Counted from the first letter of the stretch, positions 16,892 through 26,423 are shown. The stretch: 64,000 nucleotides of DNA from Candidatus Woesearchaeota archaeon (GCA_964608765.1 CAZSPD010000002.1:50205-114204), one strand, 5' to 3'. Notes: a model not told the origin generated them from the sequence alone. Translations and numbers: made by a program.

Positions 16892-17912
16892 ACCTAAGAA
16901 AACTGAAATGGGGAACTCAGAGAGAACTCTAATTATCTTCGATACAAATAATCTACAAAATACTCTTGATGGAGAATCGGATTATTCTACTTTTGACCCA
17001 AAAGGAGATATAAAGAAATTAAGAGATTTTATATCAAAAAACAATTTACAAGATAATATAATAATAGGATTGTCTGAAATTGTTTTAAAAGAGTATTGCA
17101 ACCATAGAAAAACTGATTTTATTAAAAAATTAGATCAATTTAAACAATTGCATTCAAAAATGAAAAATCTTAGTTGTATAAATTTTGACAACATTACATT
17201 TCCCCCAGACAATTTTGATTATGGAAATTATATTTATGACAAAATTAGAGAAATTGTTTCAAACGAAAATAGTATATTCATTTTAATTCCTATCGAAGAA
17301 GAAAAATGTGGCGAGATATTTAAGAAAATTTTATACAAATCAATAAATCATATTAAACCTTTTGATGAACGAGGTGATAAAGGTTTTAAAGATGCAATAA
17401 TTTTTGAATCATTAATAAATTTTCAGATAAAGAATAACTACGCAAAAGTTATTTTATTTAGTAAGGATTTAGGATTTTCTGAAGAATTAAGATGGGAATT
17501 TTCACGATTAACTGGAAAATTTTTAGATATAGAATCAAATTATGAGCTCTTAGAGCAAAATTTAATGGGAGTTTATCATTTAATAGTCAAATATCCGGAA
17601 CTTCTGAATCACTTGAAAACAGATTATTTCAAAGGACAATTAATGGACTATATGTCTGATTTTGAAGGACTCGGAATAAATAATTTTGAGATAATTAACT
17701 GCTGCTCAGGAATTGAAGATTGTAAAAAAGAAGATTTAGAAAAGTTTAGACAGGAAGAGTATTTAGAAGAGGTAATGGATAATTTTAAAATAGTTTCCTT
17801 AGAATTTGAAAATGATGGAAAAGAATATATTGCTGAAGTTTTATTTGATTTAAGCGTAAATGAGATTATTGGTGGAGGCTATGAAGGGAAACAGGAGGTT
17901 CAAGTAATATGA
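16881..17912 (+). CDS. PIN-like domain protein (DUF4935-like)
   Basis: LIIFDTNNL near the N-terminus and a later ERGDKGFKDAIIFESL resemble the PIN-like DUF4935 pattern. Its stop overlaps the hsdS start. Confidence 0.5.
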   Translation: MQNKPKKTEMGNSERTLIIFDTNNLQNTLDGESDYSTFDPKGDIKKLRDFISKNNLQDNIIIGLSEIVLKEYCNHRKTDFIKKLDQFKQLHSKMKNLSCINFDNITFPPDNFDYGNYIYDKIREIVSNENSIFILIPIEEEKCGEIFKKILYKSINHIKPFDERGDKGFKDAIIFESLINFQIKNNYAKVILFSKDLGFSEELRWEFSRLTGKFLDIESNYELLEQNLMGVYHLIVKYPELLNHLKTDYFKGQLMDYMSDFEGLGINNFEIINCCSGIEDCKKEDLEKFRQEEYLEEVMDNFKIVSLEFENDGKEYIAEVLFDLSVNEIIGGGYEGKQEVQVI

Positions 17913-19087
17913 ATGGGAAAATTAATCCTGACTGGGAAATTGCAAAAATAAAAGATATCGGAAAAGTTATAACTGGAAAAACTCCCCCCACTTCAAATAA
18001 AACTTTCTTCAATGGAAAATATCCTTTTATCAAAATTCCCGATATGAATAATTCTGTCTATTTGTCTTTTTCAGAGAGTTCTTTGTCTGAAGAAGGAGCA
18101 AGTCATATGAAAAATTTAATTCTTCCCCCGGACTCTGTAATGGTTTCTTGTTTGGCAACGATTGGGAAAGTGGGAATTACTACAAAAGAATCTTTTACAA
18201 ATCAACAAATTAATTCAATTATTCCAAATAAAAAAATCATTTCTCCCTTGTGGATTTATTACTTTTTTAAGAATAATAAAAATTATTTAGAAAGTCTTGG
18301 TGGCGGAGGTTCAGTTTATATTAACATCTCTAAAACAAAATTTGAAAATGCAGTTATTCCGCTTCCCCCTCTCCCCGAACAACTTGCCATCGCCTCCATC
18401 CTCTCCTCCCTTGACGCAAAAATAGAACTCAACAATAAAATGAACAAAACCCTTGAAGCCATTGGGCAGGCATTGTTTAAGAAATGGTTTGTGGAAAATC
18501 CTGAGAAAGATAATTGGAAAGAGGGGAAATTAGGTGATATTGTGAAATTAAAAATGGGAATTTCTCCAAAGGGGGAAAGTTATAATGAAACAGAAACCGG
18601 TGTTCCATTACTTAATGGGGCGGCAGATTTTTCTGGGAAACTAATAATCCCAAAAAAGTTTACATCCGCTCCAATTAAAATGTGTGATGTCGGAGATTTA
18701 ATTTTTTGTATTAGGGCAACAATCGGAAATATTACTTTTGCAGATAAAAAATATTGTCTAGGGCGAGGTGTTGCCGCATTAGAAATACAAAAGGGATATC
18801 GAGAATTTGTTTATTACCTATTAAATTCTTCATTAGAAGAAATGGTATCTGGGGCATATGGGAGTGTAATAAAAGGGCTATCAAAAATAGATATAGAAAA
18901 TCTAAAAATTACAATTCCGGACAAAGAAACAATATTAAATTTTAATAAAATTTGTTTTCCTATTTTTGAAAAACAATTCTCACTAGATAAACAAAATCAA
19001 ACTCTCTCTCAAATTCGGGATGCGTTGTTGCCTAAGTTGATGAGTGGAGAAGTGAGGGTTTCATTATGTGAGGAGAATATAAAATGA
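17909..19087 (+). CDS. hsdS: Type I restriction-modification system, specificity subunit
   Basis: Two target-recognition halves separated by the conserved central region LPPLPEQLAIASILSSLDAKIELNNKMNKTLEAIGQALFKKWF. C-terminal conserved region LSQIRDALLPKLMSGEVRV. Confidence 0.9.
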   Translation: MNGKINPDWEIAKIKDIGKVITGKTPPTSNKTFFNGKYPFIKIPDMNNSVYLSFSESSLSEEGASHMKNLILPPDSVMVSCLATIGKVGITTKESFTNQQINSIIPNKKIISPLWIYYFFKNNKNYLESLGGGGSVYINISKTKFENAVIPLPPLPEQLAIASILSSLDAKIELNNKMNKTLEAIGQALFKKWFVENPEKDNWKEGKLGDIVKLKMGISPKGESYNETETGVPLLNGAADFSGKLIIPKKFTSAPIKMCDVGDLIFCIRATIGNITFADKKYCLGRGVAALEIQKGYREFVYYLLNSSLEEMVSGAYGSVIKGLSKIDIENLKITIPDKETILNFNKICFPIFEKQFSLDKQNQTLSQIRDALLPKLMSGEVRVSLCEENIK

Positions 19088-19386
19088 GTTTATTTGGCAA
19101 TTTATTTAATTTTAATATAAAAAATTTAATTATTCAAGGAAGAGTGGATATTGCCTACGATAAAATATATAATATGGCAGAAAAAATAACGGTCCATGAG
19201 TTAAAATTGCATCAATCCAATTTAGTTCATAAATATGGAACCAAAGCAATACAAGGAAAAAATTATAATCTTTTGGAAGAGGTGAGTAAATTGGAAAATT
19301 GGAAATTTAAAAGAATTCAATATCACATAAACGAAATGAAAGAATTATTAAAATTAAGAGAAAAATTAAAGGAGAATAAAGGATAA
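19084..19386 (+). CDS. Hypothetical helical protein
   Basis: 100 aa, ATGA overlap with the hsdS stop. No motif. Confidence 0.4.
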   Translation: MSLFGNLFNFNIKNLIIQGRVDIAYDKIYNMAEKITVHELKLHQSNLVHKYGTKAIQGKNYNLLEEVSKLENWKFKRIQYHINEMKELLKLREKLKENKG

Positions 19387-19694
19387 ACTTCTATGAAATT
19401 TTAATTTTAATTATCGCTGGAGCAGTAGCGATAAGATTTACTTTTAAATTTTATTTAAACAGATATTTAGAAAATAGAAGAAAAATAAAATTAGATCAAC
19501 TAAAAAATATTTGTCCGCATTGTAAAATTGAATTTTTAGGCAACAAACAAATTAAAGTTGAATCTTATTTTTCATCACCAATTGGAACTACGCAATGGGT
19601 TTGTTCCAGATGTAATTGTATTGTAGAATCAGATCTTGGTATCTTGAGCCTTAAATTAGTATACTTTCAAGTATACTACTCTAGATTATACTAA
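19380..19694 (+). other. Open frame without a canonical start codon, encoding a TM helix plus CxxC...CxxC zinc ribbon
   Basis: The frame opens right after a TAA at 19377-19379 and runs to a TAA at 19692-19694. Translation: INFYEILILIIAGAVAIRFTFKFYL...CPHCKIEF...WVCSRCNC. There is no ATG, GTG or TTG in the first 80 codons, so it is absent from the ORF track. Confidence 0.3.
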
Positions 19695-19785
19695 ATTTTC
19701 TGATTTAATATTTACTATTAATTTATTACTTTCTTTATCAAATATCCTAAAACAGTATTTGCCTAGGAAGAGATAATTTTATAAA

Positions 19786-19807
19786 TACTATCAATTTACT
19801 ATCAATT
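19786..19807. repeat. Perfect tandem direct repeat TACTATCAATT x2 upstream of the AlbA_2 gene
   Basis: Read directly: 19786-19796 and 19797-19807 are identical. A degenerate third copy, TACTATTAAT, lies at 19817-19826, and three TATACT copies lie at about 19660-19692. Confidence 0.9.
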
Positions 19808-19832
19808 AATATTAAATACTATTAATAGTAAA

Positions 19833-21212
19833 ATGGACATAGACCAAGTCTTAAGAGTCATAGAATCTGGAGAATCTCAAGAAGTTGAGTTTAAAGAATC
19901 ATTTCATAGTTCTCAAGATTTTTCAAAAATAATGTGTGGATTTGCAAATACTTATGGAGGAGTTATTCTGATAGGGGTTAATAATAAAAAAGAGGTTGTA
20001 GGAGTAAAAGATAATTTAGACAGCCTTCAACAAAAAATATCTTCTTCAGCTCAAGCAGTTTCTCCTCCGATATTTCCATCAATAGAAACTCATAAAATTA
20101 AAGGAGCGGACGTAATATCTATAGTTATACAGCAAGCAATAGACAACACATTTCATAGTTTTCAAGGAGTTATCTATGTAAGGATTGGCAGTACTTTAAG
20201 AAAGATAGAAGGAAATCAAATAGTTGATTTCTTGCGTGGGAAACAAATTCTATGTTTTGATGAAACTATAAGTAACGCTAAACTTACAGATTTGGACCTT
20301 AATAAAATTAAAGAATATCTAAATATAAGGAAACAATCAGATTATTTTAAATCTCATTCCAGTGAGGATTTTTTGTTAAGCATGAAATTGGCTTCAAAAA
20401 ACGGAGAGTTTAAAGTAAAAAACTCTGCCTTACTGTTTTTTGCTAAAGACCCAATCTTCTTTAATCCCCAAATAGAAATTAAAGCAGTTAGATTTGACGG
20501 CACAGAACCAGTTAAAATAATTTCCCATGAATTAATCCAATCAAATTTGACCGAATCAATTGAAAAGGCTTTATCTTTCGTAAAGAGTAATATTTCAAAG
20601 AGTATTAATATTAAGTCTGAGGCTAAACGAGAAGAGAAATATCAATATCCTTTGGATGTCATCAGAGAAGCAATAGTCAATGCAGCGGCTCACAGAGATT
20701 ATTTTAGTAAAGATTCTATTCAAATTTATATCTTTTCAGATAGAATAGAAATGACTAATCCTGGGTCTTTACCTAAGGATTTGCCTAAGGAGTTATTTGG
20801 CACCCTTTCTGTTCAAAGAAATCCTCTGACCTATAGGATTTTAAGAGATTATGGATTTGTTGAAGGCTTGGGATCTGGAGTTCCTAGAATGATTAATAGT
20901 ATGAGGGAACACGGCCTTTCTGATCCAGAATTTGGAATATATGAACATTTTTTCAGAACAATTTTGCGAAGCACACAAAGTGAACTAAAGCCCATTAAAA
21001 AATATCAAGACTTAAATGAAAGACAAATAAAAACCTTAGAATTTTTGAAGAAGAATAGATCCATAAAAACAAAAGCATATACAAAATTAAATAGAGTCTC
21101 TTTAGGTACTGCTAGGCTAGACATTAATGAGATGCTTAAATTTGGTTATATAAAAAAAGTAGGTGCTTTCAGGGGAGCCTATTATATACTAAATGAGGAT
21201 AATAAAAAATGA
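19833..21212 (+). CDS. AlbA_2 (Schlafen-like divergent AAA) / HATPase_c_4 / C-terminal wHTH protein
   Basis: [10 protein letters not shown] and [13 protein letters not shown] (AlbA_2), [13 protein letters not shown] and [11 protein letters not shown] (HATPase_c_4-like), and a C-terminal wHTH-like [21 protein letters not shown]. Its stop overlaps the hsdR start. Confidence 0.7.
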   Translation: MDIDQVLRVIESGESQEVEFKESFHSSQDFSKIMCGFANTYGGVILIGVNNKKEVVGVKDNLDSLQQKISSSAQAVSPPIFPSIETHKIKGADVISIVIQQAIDNTFHSFQGVIYVRIGSTLRKIEGNQIVDFLRGKQILCFDETISNAKLTDLDLNKIKEYLNIRKQSDYFKSHSSEDFLLSMKLASKNGEFKVKNSALLFFAKDPIFFNPQIEIKAVRFDGTEPVKIISHELIQSNLTESIEKALSFVKSNISKSINIKSEAKREEKYQYPLDVIREAIVNAAAHRDYFSKDSIQIYIFSDRIEMTNPGSLPKDLPKELFGTLSVQRNPLTYRILRDYGFVEGLGSGVPRMINSMREHGLSDPEFGIYEHFFRTILRSTQSELKPIKKYQDLNERQIKTLEFLKKNRSIKTKAYTKLNRVSLGTARLDINEMLKFGYIKKVGAFRGAYYILNEDNKK

Positions 21213-24200
21213 AAATAACAGAAAACGAAGTTGAAGGATTAGCACTGGATATTTTTAGAGAAATGGATTATAAAGTCCTTAATGGACTTGAAATATCTCC
21301 TGGAGGAAGTAAACAAGAAAGAAACGATTTCAGAGAAGTTATCTTAAAAGAAAGATTATTGAATTCTATTGGAAGAATAAACCCCAACATGCCTAAAGAC
21401 GCATTGGAAGATGCCATGAAAAAAGTTTCAAGAGTTTCCTCTCAAAACCAAGTTCTTGACAATCAACAATTTCACAAATTATTAACAGAAGGGGTTCCAG
21501 TATCTTTTAGAAAAGGGCAATCAACAAAACATGAGATTATAAATTTAGTTGATTTTGAAAATCCAAGCAAAAACGAATTTCTTGCAGTTAATCAATTTAC
21601 TATAATTGAAGGTAAGTGTAACCGAAGGCCAGACATAATTCTTTTTGTAAATGGCTTGCCTTTGGCAGTAATAGAGCTAAAGAATCTTGCAGAAGAAAAA
21701 GCAACAATTGATGATGCATTCACACAACTTCAAAATTACAAGATGCAGATTCCTTCCTTGTTTAGATTTAATGAAATTCTTATGATAAGTGACGGAGCAC
21801 TTGCACAGGCAGGGACAATTTCTTCAACAAGAGAGTGGTTTGTTGAATGGAAAACAATTGATGGTAAAATGCCAAAGAATAAGCTTAGTATGGATACATT
21901 ACTAAGAGGAATGTTTAACAAAAAAACCTTTTTAGATTTAATCAAAAATTTTATTGTTTTTGAAAAAGATGAAGAAACAATAAAGAAAATTTCTACTTAT
22001 GCCCAGTATAATGCTGTAAATAAAGCAATTGATTCAACAATAAAAGCAGTTAAAGGAAATAAAAAGGCAGGAGTTGTATGGCACACTCAGGGATCTGGAA
22101 AATCCCTTTCAATGGTTTTCTATTCTGGAAAACTCGCATTGGAAAAAGAGCTTGAAAATCCAACAATTGTTGTTTTAACAGATAGGAATGATTTAGATGA
22201 TCAATTATTTAAAACATTTTCAAGATGTTCTGAGCTTTTAAGACAAGAGCCAAAAAATGCAGGATCAAGAAAACAAATTAAAGAGCTTTTGAAGAAATCC
22301 TCTGGAGGCATTATTTTTACTACAATTCAAAAATTTTCTCCAGAAAAAGATGAAAAATTTCCTGAGCTTTCAGATAGAAGAAATATAATTGTTATTGCAG
22401 ATGAAGCGCACAGAACCCAATACGGTTTTTCAGCGCATGTTGTTCAAACGAAGGATGATGGAGCCCTCATAAGATATGGTTTTGCTAAATATTTAAGAGA
22501 TGCCTTGCCAAATGCTTCATTTATCGGTTTTACTGGGACACCTATTGAAAAACAGGACAGGTCAACTCCTGCTGTCTTTGGAAATTATGTTGATAAGTAT
22601 GATATACAACAAGCAGTTGAAGATAAAGCGACTGTTAAGCTTTTATATGAAAGTCGACTGGCTAAACTTGGGATAAAACCGGAAGAAAGAAGAAAAATTG
22701 ATCCCTTTATTGAAGAATTAACAGAAGATCAGGAAGTAAAGAATAAACTAAAGAGCAAATGGGCTAAACTTGAAAAGGTTGTAGGTAGTCCCGAGAGAAT
22801 AAGACGAGTGGCAAAGGACATTATTGAGCATTTTGAAGAGAGGTTGAAAGTCCTTGATGGAAAAGCCATGATTGTTTGCATGAGTAGAAGAATTTGTGTT
22901 GATTTGTACAATGAGATAATTTCTTTAAGACCAGAGTGGCACAACAAAGACGACAAAGAGGGAATAATAAAAGTAATCATGACTGGTTCTTCTTCTGATC
23001 CAACAGAATGGCAAGAACATATAAGAAACAAAAAGAGGAGAGAAAAAATTGGAGATATGTTTAAATCTCCTAAAGAAGAATTGAGAATCGTAATAGTTAG
23101 AGATATGTGGCTGACTGGTTTTGATGCTCCCTCTGTCCATACAATGTATATTGACAAACCAATGAAATCTCATGGACTAATGCAGACAATTGCAAGAGCA
23201 AACAGGAAATACAAAGACAAGGATGCGGGATTGATAGTTGACTATTTTGGAATTGGAAAAGAACTAAAAGATGCAGTCATGCAATATACTGCTAGTGGTG
23301 GAAAAGGCAAGCCTATTTTTGAACAAAGTGAAGCAGTCAAGAAAATGTTGGAAAAATATGAGGTTGTCAGAGATATGTTTTATGGATTTAATTATAAGAA
23401 ATTCTTTACCTTAAATCCAAAAGAACGACTTTCAGTAATTCCAAATGCTGTGGAGCATATTTTGAAGGGAAAAGAAAAATTAAAAGAAAGATTTATCAGA
23501 GAAACAAGCGCTTTAATTAGGGCATTTGCTTTGTCTGTTCCAGATGAAAAAGCAATGCAAATAAAAGAAGAAGTAGGATTTTTCCAAGCAATAAAATCAA
23601 CTATAGTCAAGAATACCATAATATCTTCAAAGGGCTCCATAGAATTTGATACAGCAATTAAGCAAATAATCTCCAAAGCAATCATCTCTGACAGAATAAT
23701 TGATATTTTTGAAGCTGCAGGTGTCCAAAAACCAGACATCTCAATCCTATCAGATAAATTCTTAAGGGAAGTCAAAGAAATTCCTCAAAAGAATCTTGCT
23801 TTTGAAGCACTGAAAAAACTAATCAATGACGACATAAAGGTAAGGTTTAAGAAAAATATTGTTAAAGAAAAATCATTCATGGAAATGTTAGATAAAATAA
23901 TAACAAGATATACAAACAAAAGCATTGAGGCGGCTGAAGCAATAGAAGAATTAATCGGATTAGCTAAGAAGTTTAGAGAAGAACAAAAAGAAGGAAAAGA
24001 TCTTGGCCTAACTGAAGATGAAAAAGCTTTTTATGATGCTCTTGCAGACTGTAAAGAGGCAATAGATGTTTTGGGTGATGAAAAATTAAGAATAATTGCC
24101 CTTGAACTAGTTAATATGATAAGAAATAATGTAAAAGTGGATTGGACAATTAGAGAAAATGTTCAGTCAGATTTAAAATTAAAAGTTAAAAGGATTTTAA

Positions 24201-24310
24201 AGATTCACGGGTACCCTCCTATTGGGAGAGAAAAAGCAATAGATCTTGTTTTAAAACAAGCTGGTGTTGTGGCAGATGATTGGGCAGAAAAGAACCTTTA
24301 TTTTGTTTAA
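21209..24310 (+). CDS. hsdR: Type I restriction-modification system, restriction (helicase-nuclease) subunit
   Basis: 1033 aa. N-terminal PD-(D/E)xK region ([20 protein letters not shown]), Walker [15 protein letters not shown] box [11 protein letters not shown], and a helicase C-terminal domain ([15 protein letters not shown]). Confidence 0.95.
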   Translation: MKITENEVEGLALDIFREMDYKVLNGLEISPGGSKQERNDFREVILKERLLNSIGRINPNMPKDALEDAMKKVSRVSSQNQVLDNQQFHKLLTEGVPVSFRKGQSTKHEIINLVDFENPSKNEFLAVNQFTIIEGKCNRRPDIILFVNGLPLAVIELKNLAEEKATIDDAFTQLQNYKMQIPSLFRFNEILMISDGALAQAGTISSTREWFVEWKTIDGKMPKNKLSMDTLLRGMFNKKTFLDLIKNFIVFEKDEETIKKISTYAQYNAVNKAIDSTIKAVKGNKKAGVVWHTQGSGKSLSMVFYSGKLALEKELENPTIVVLTDRNDLDDQLFKTFSRCSELLRQEPKNAGSRKQIKELLKKSSGGIIFTTIQKFSPEKDEKFPELSDRRNIIVIADEAHRTQYGFSAHVVQTKDDGALIRYGFAKYLRDALPNASFIGFTGTPIEKQDRSTPAVFGNYVDKYDIQQAVEDKATVKLLYESRLAKLGIKPEERRKIDPFIEELTEDQEVKNKLKSKWAKLEKVVGSPERIRRVAKDIIEHFEERLKVLDGKAMIVCMSRRICVDLYNEIISLRPEWHNKDDKEGIIKVIMTGSSSDPTEWQEHIRNKKRREKIGDMFKSPKEELRIVIVRDMWLTGFDAPSVHTMYIDKPMKSHGLMQTIARANRKYKDKDAGLIVDYFGIGKELKDAVMQYTASGGKGKPIFEQSEAVKKMLEKYEVVRDMFYGFNYKKFFTLNPKERLSVIPNAVEHILKGKEKLKERFIRETSALIRAFALSVPDEKAMQIKEEVGFFQAIKSTIVKNTIISSKGSIEFDTAIKQIISKAIISDRIIDIFEAAGVQKPDISILSDKFLREVKEIPQKNLAFEALKKLINDDIKVRFKKNIVKEKSFMEMLDKIITRYTNKSIEAAEAIEELIGLAKKFREEQKEGKDLGLTEDEKAFYDALADCKEAIDVLGDEKLRIIALELVNMIRNNVKVDWTIRENVQSDLKLKVKRILKIHGYPPIGREKAIDLVLKQAGVVADDWAEKNLYFV

Positions 24311-24975
24311 ATTTTTTCATCCTCAACCCAGCTCCAATAACTCTCTTTTCCAAGAATCACATGGTCAAGGACTTTTATGCCTATGAGCTCTCCGACTTCA
24401 ATTAACTTTCCTGTTATATCCAAATCTTCTTTGCTTGGATTTGGATTCCCTGAAGGATGATTATGAACAATAATCATTTTTGATGCTGAATGTTTTATTG
24501 CAGGCTTGAATACTTCTCTTGGGTGCAAAATTGCTGCATCAAGAACTCCCTTTGAAATAAGCTCCTCTTTTAAAATATTGTTCTGGCTGTTCAACAAAAC
24601 AACATAAAAATTCTCCTGTTTTTCATCTTTAAGCCTTTCACAAAACAGCTCAAAAACATCTTTGGCATTAGATATTTTCTTTACTGGTTTTTTTGACTGG
24701 GAATATCTCTTCCCAAGCTCTGCAATTGCCAGGATTTGCATTGCTTTGCTTGGACCTATCCCTTTTATTTTTTCAAGTTCTTTTAAAGAACAATCAAAAA
24801 GGTTTTCCAACCCATTTTCTTTTATCAGCCTGTTAGACATCTCAACAACATTCTCTCCTCTTGTTCCTGTTCTCAGGATAATAGCAAATAATTCAGCATC
24901 ACTTAATGCTTCTTTTCCTTGTTTTAAGAATCTCTCCCTAGGTTTTGAAGAATTTGGGAGATCTTTTATTTTCAT
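24307..24975 (-). CDS. radC: RadC-like JAB-domain protein
   Basis: HhH-like N-terminus ([14 protein letters not shown]) and JAMM motif [22 protein letters not shown]. Confidence 0.9.
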   Translation of the reverse strand: MKIKDLPNSSKPRERFLKQGKEALSDAELFAIILRTGTRGENVVEMSNRLIKENGLENLFDCSLKELEKIKGIGPSKAMQILAIAELGKRYSQSKKPVKKISNAKDVFELFCERLKDEKQENFYVVLLNSQNNILKEELISKGVLDAAILHPREVFKPAIKHSASKMIIVHNHPSGNPNPSKEDLDITGKLIEVGELIGIKVLDHVILGKESYWSWVEDEKI

Positions 24976-25021
24976 AATTTATCAAAAATGTATAATTATA
25001 AAAGCTTTTCACCCAACACTA

Positions 25022-25039
25022 ACTGCCTTATATCCCGCC
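25022..25039. repeat. Left copy of an 18-nt direct repeat flanking the MNT-HEPN cassette
   Basis: ACTGCCTTATATCCCGCC matches ACTGCCTTAAATCCCGCC at 26466-26483 in 17 of 18 positions. Both copies are preceded by AGCTTT(T)CAC and followed by a TTCTTTTT run. Confidence 0.7.
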
Positions 25040-25424
25040 CCTTTCACCATTCTTTTTCAGCACAATCTTCCTCTTTTCAACTTCTTTTAAGATTACAGTT
25101 AAAATGGCATCATTTTATCACCGATTGAAACAGCATCATCAGAGTAAGATAAGCACAATCCCCCTTTTTACTTAATAACTACCCAAAAAATATCAAAAAT
25201 CCCAAAATATGGTAAAAATACCATAATGTTATGGCAAATACACCATTAACATATATAAAAAGATCACACTCCCTTAACCATCTTCCTTACTTTATTCAGG
25301 TGTTTTTTAAATAGACATACAGTTTTTTGGGCATATTTGCTTTTCAATAGACATTATCCTCTTTTCAATTAATTTTTTCATATGCTTTCTGTCTTTTCCA
25401 ATATGTTCTAACATGTGCTTAAAT

Positions 25425-25457
25425 TAGATAACTATTATCTGCTCTTAATAGATAACT
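25425..25457. promoter_or_regulatory. Direct repeats TAGATAACT x2 (24-bp spacing) abutting the putative TATA box of the wHTH-MNT gene
   Basis: TAGATAACT at 25425-25433 and 25449-25457. The first lies within the inverted repeat AGATAA-cta-TTATCT (25426-25440). TTTAAATAT follows, about 23 nt before the ATG at 25489. Confidence 0.35.
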
Positions 25458-25488
25458 TTAAATATCAATTGATACTATATAATATCAT

Positions 25489-26022
25489 ATGACACGTAAG
25501 AATATCAAGCAGAATATTATAGAATATTTTTTTCTCAATCCGACAGCCAAGCTTAGGGTGAGGGAAATAGAAAGAACTCTAAAACTTCCTCTGCCTTCTG
25601 TAATAAGATATTGCAAAGAGCTTGAAAAAGAGGGCATCCTCTCAAATATTAAAACAGGGAGCATTTCGCTTTACACTGCAAATAAAATGGGTGAAAAATA
25701 CCTGCTTGAAAAAAAGCTCTTTAACATAAAGCGGTTATACGAATCAGGAATCATTGAATATTTAAAAATAGAAATTAGCAATCCTGCAATAATCTTATTT
25801 GGTTCTTTTGCCAGAGGGGAAGACACAGAAGGAAGCGATATTGATTTATACATAGAAACTCCCTCAAATAAAGAATTGGATTTAGGAAAATTTGAAAAAA
25901 TCCTAAAAAGAAAAATACAGGCATTAAAGCATAAAAGCCTTCATGATATACAGAACCTTCATTTGTCAAATAATATCATAAATGGCGTTCTATTAAATGG
26001 ATTCGTGGAGGTTTTCAAATAA
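25489..26022 (+). CDS. wHTH-fused minimal nucleotidyltransferase (MNT)
   Basis: N-terminal wHTH-like LRVREIERTLKLPLPSVIRYCKELEKEGIL, then the NTase motif LFGSFARGEDTEGSDIDLY. Confidence 0.8.
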   Translation: MTRKNIKQNIIEYFFLNPTAKLRVREIERTLKLPLPSVIRYCKELEKEGILSNIKTGSISLYTANKMGEKYLLEKKLFNIKRLYESGIIEYLKIEISNPAIILFGSFARGEDTEGSDIDLYIETPSNKELDLGKFEKILKRKIQALKHKSLHDIQNLHLSNNIINGVLLNGFVEVFK

Positions 26023-26423
26023 TGCGGGAATCAAACTGGGAAGAGTGCTTATTATGCAATTCTGCTAAAAAAGTCTCTCCGGATCCAAATCGCGCAAAAT
26101 CTCTAATTGAAACATCAAAAGAAAGGCTAAGTTTGATAAAAGAAATAACTGAAAAAAACTGCAACTTTGTATTTGAAGATTATTACACTTCCCTGATTGA
26201 GCTTCTCCAGGCATTAGCTTTCAAAAAAGGATTTAATATATTGAACCATGTTTGTCTTGGATATTATTTAAGAGATTTTATGAAAAGGGAAGAATTATAC
26301 CGGACATTTGATGATTTAAGATATAAAAGAAATTCCCTTACTTATTACGGAACTAAAATGGATTTTGAAATTGCAAAGCAAGCAATTCAAAATTGCAAAA
26401 AATTAATAGAAGAGTTAAAATGA
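26022..26423 (+). CDS. HEPN-domain protein (partner of the MNT)
   Basis: 133 aa, all-helical. DDLRYKRNSLTYYG resembles the RxxRNxxxY/H HEPN motif. Its start overlaps the MNT stop. Confidence 0.65.
   Translation: MRESNWEECLLCNSAKKVSPDPNRAKSLIETSKERLSLIKEITEKNCNFVFEDYYTSLIELLQALAFKKGFNILNHVCLGYYLRDFMKREELYRTFDDLRYKRNSLTYYGTKMDFEIAKQAIQNCKKLIEELK

Noticed and set aside
19377-19400. Programmed -1 frameshift joining the 19084-19386 ORF to the zinc-ribbon frame
   Set aside because: The window available for slippage is only about 7 nt (AAAGGAT). It lacks a canonical X-XXY-YYZ heptamer, and I saw no obvious downstream stimulatory structure. This remains an open question rather than a claim.
25091-25170. 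C/D-box-like UGAUGA / AUGAUG motifs on the minus strand of the radC-MNT spacer
   Set aside because: There is no CUGA D box at the appropriate distance and no terminal stem.
10911-26423. Whole defence island as a discrete integrative mobile element
   Set aside because: I found no integrase, transposase, tRNA-adjacent border or long flanking direct repeats at 10.7-10.9 kb versus 26.4-26.6 kb. Only the small MNT-HEPN cassette has flanking repeats.
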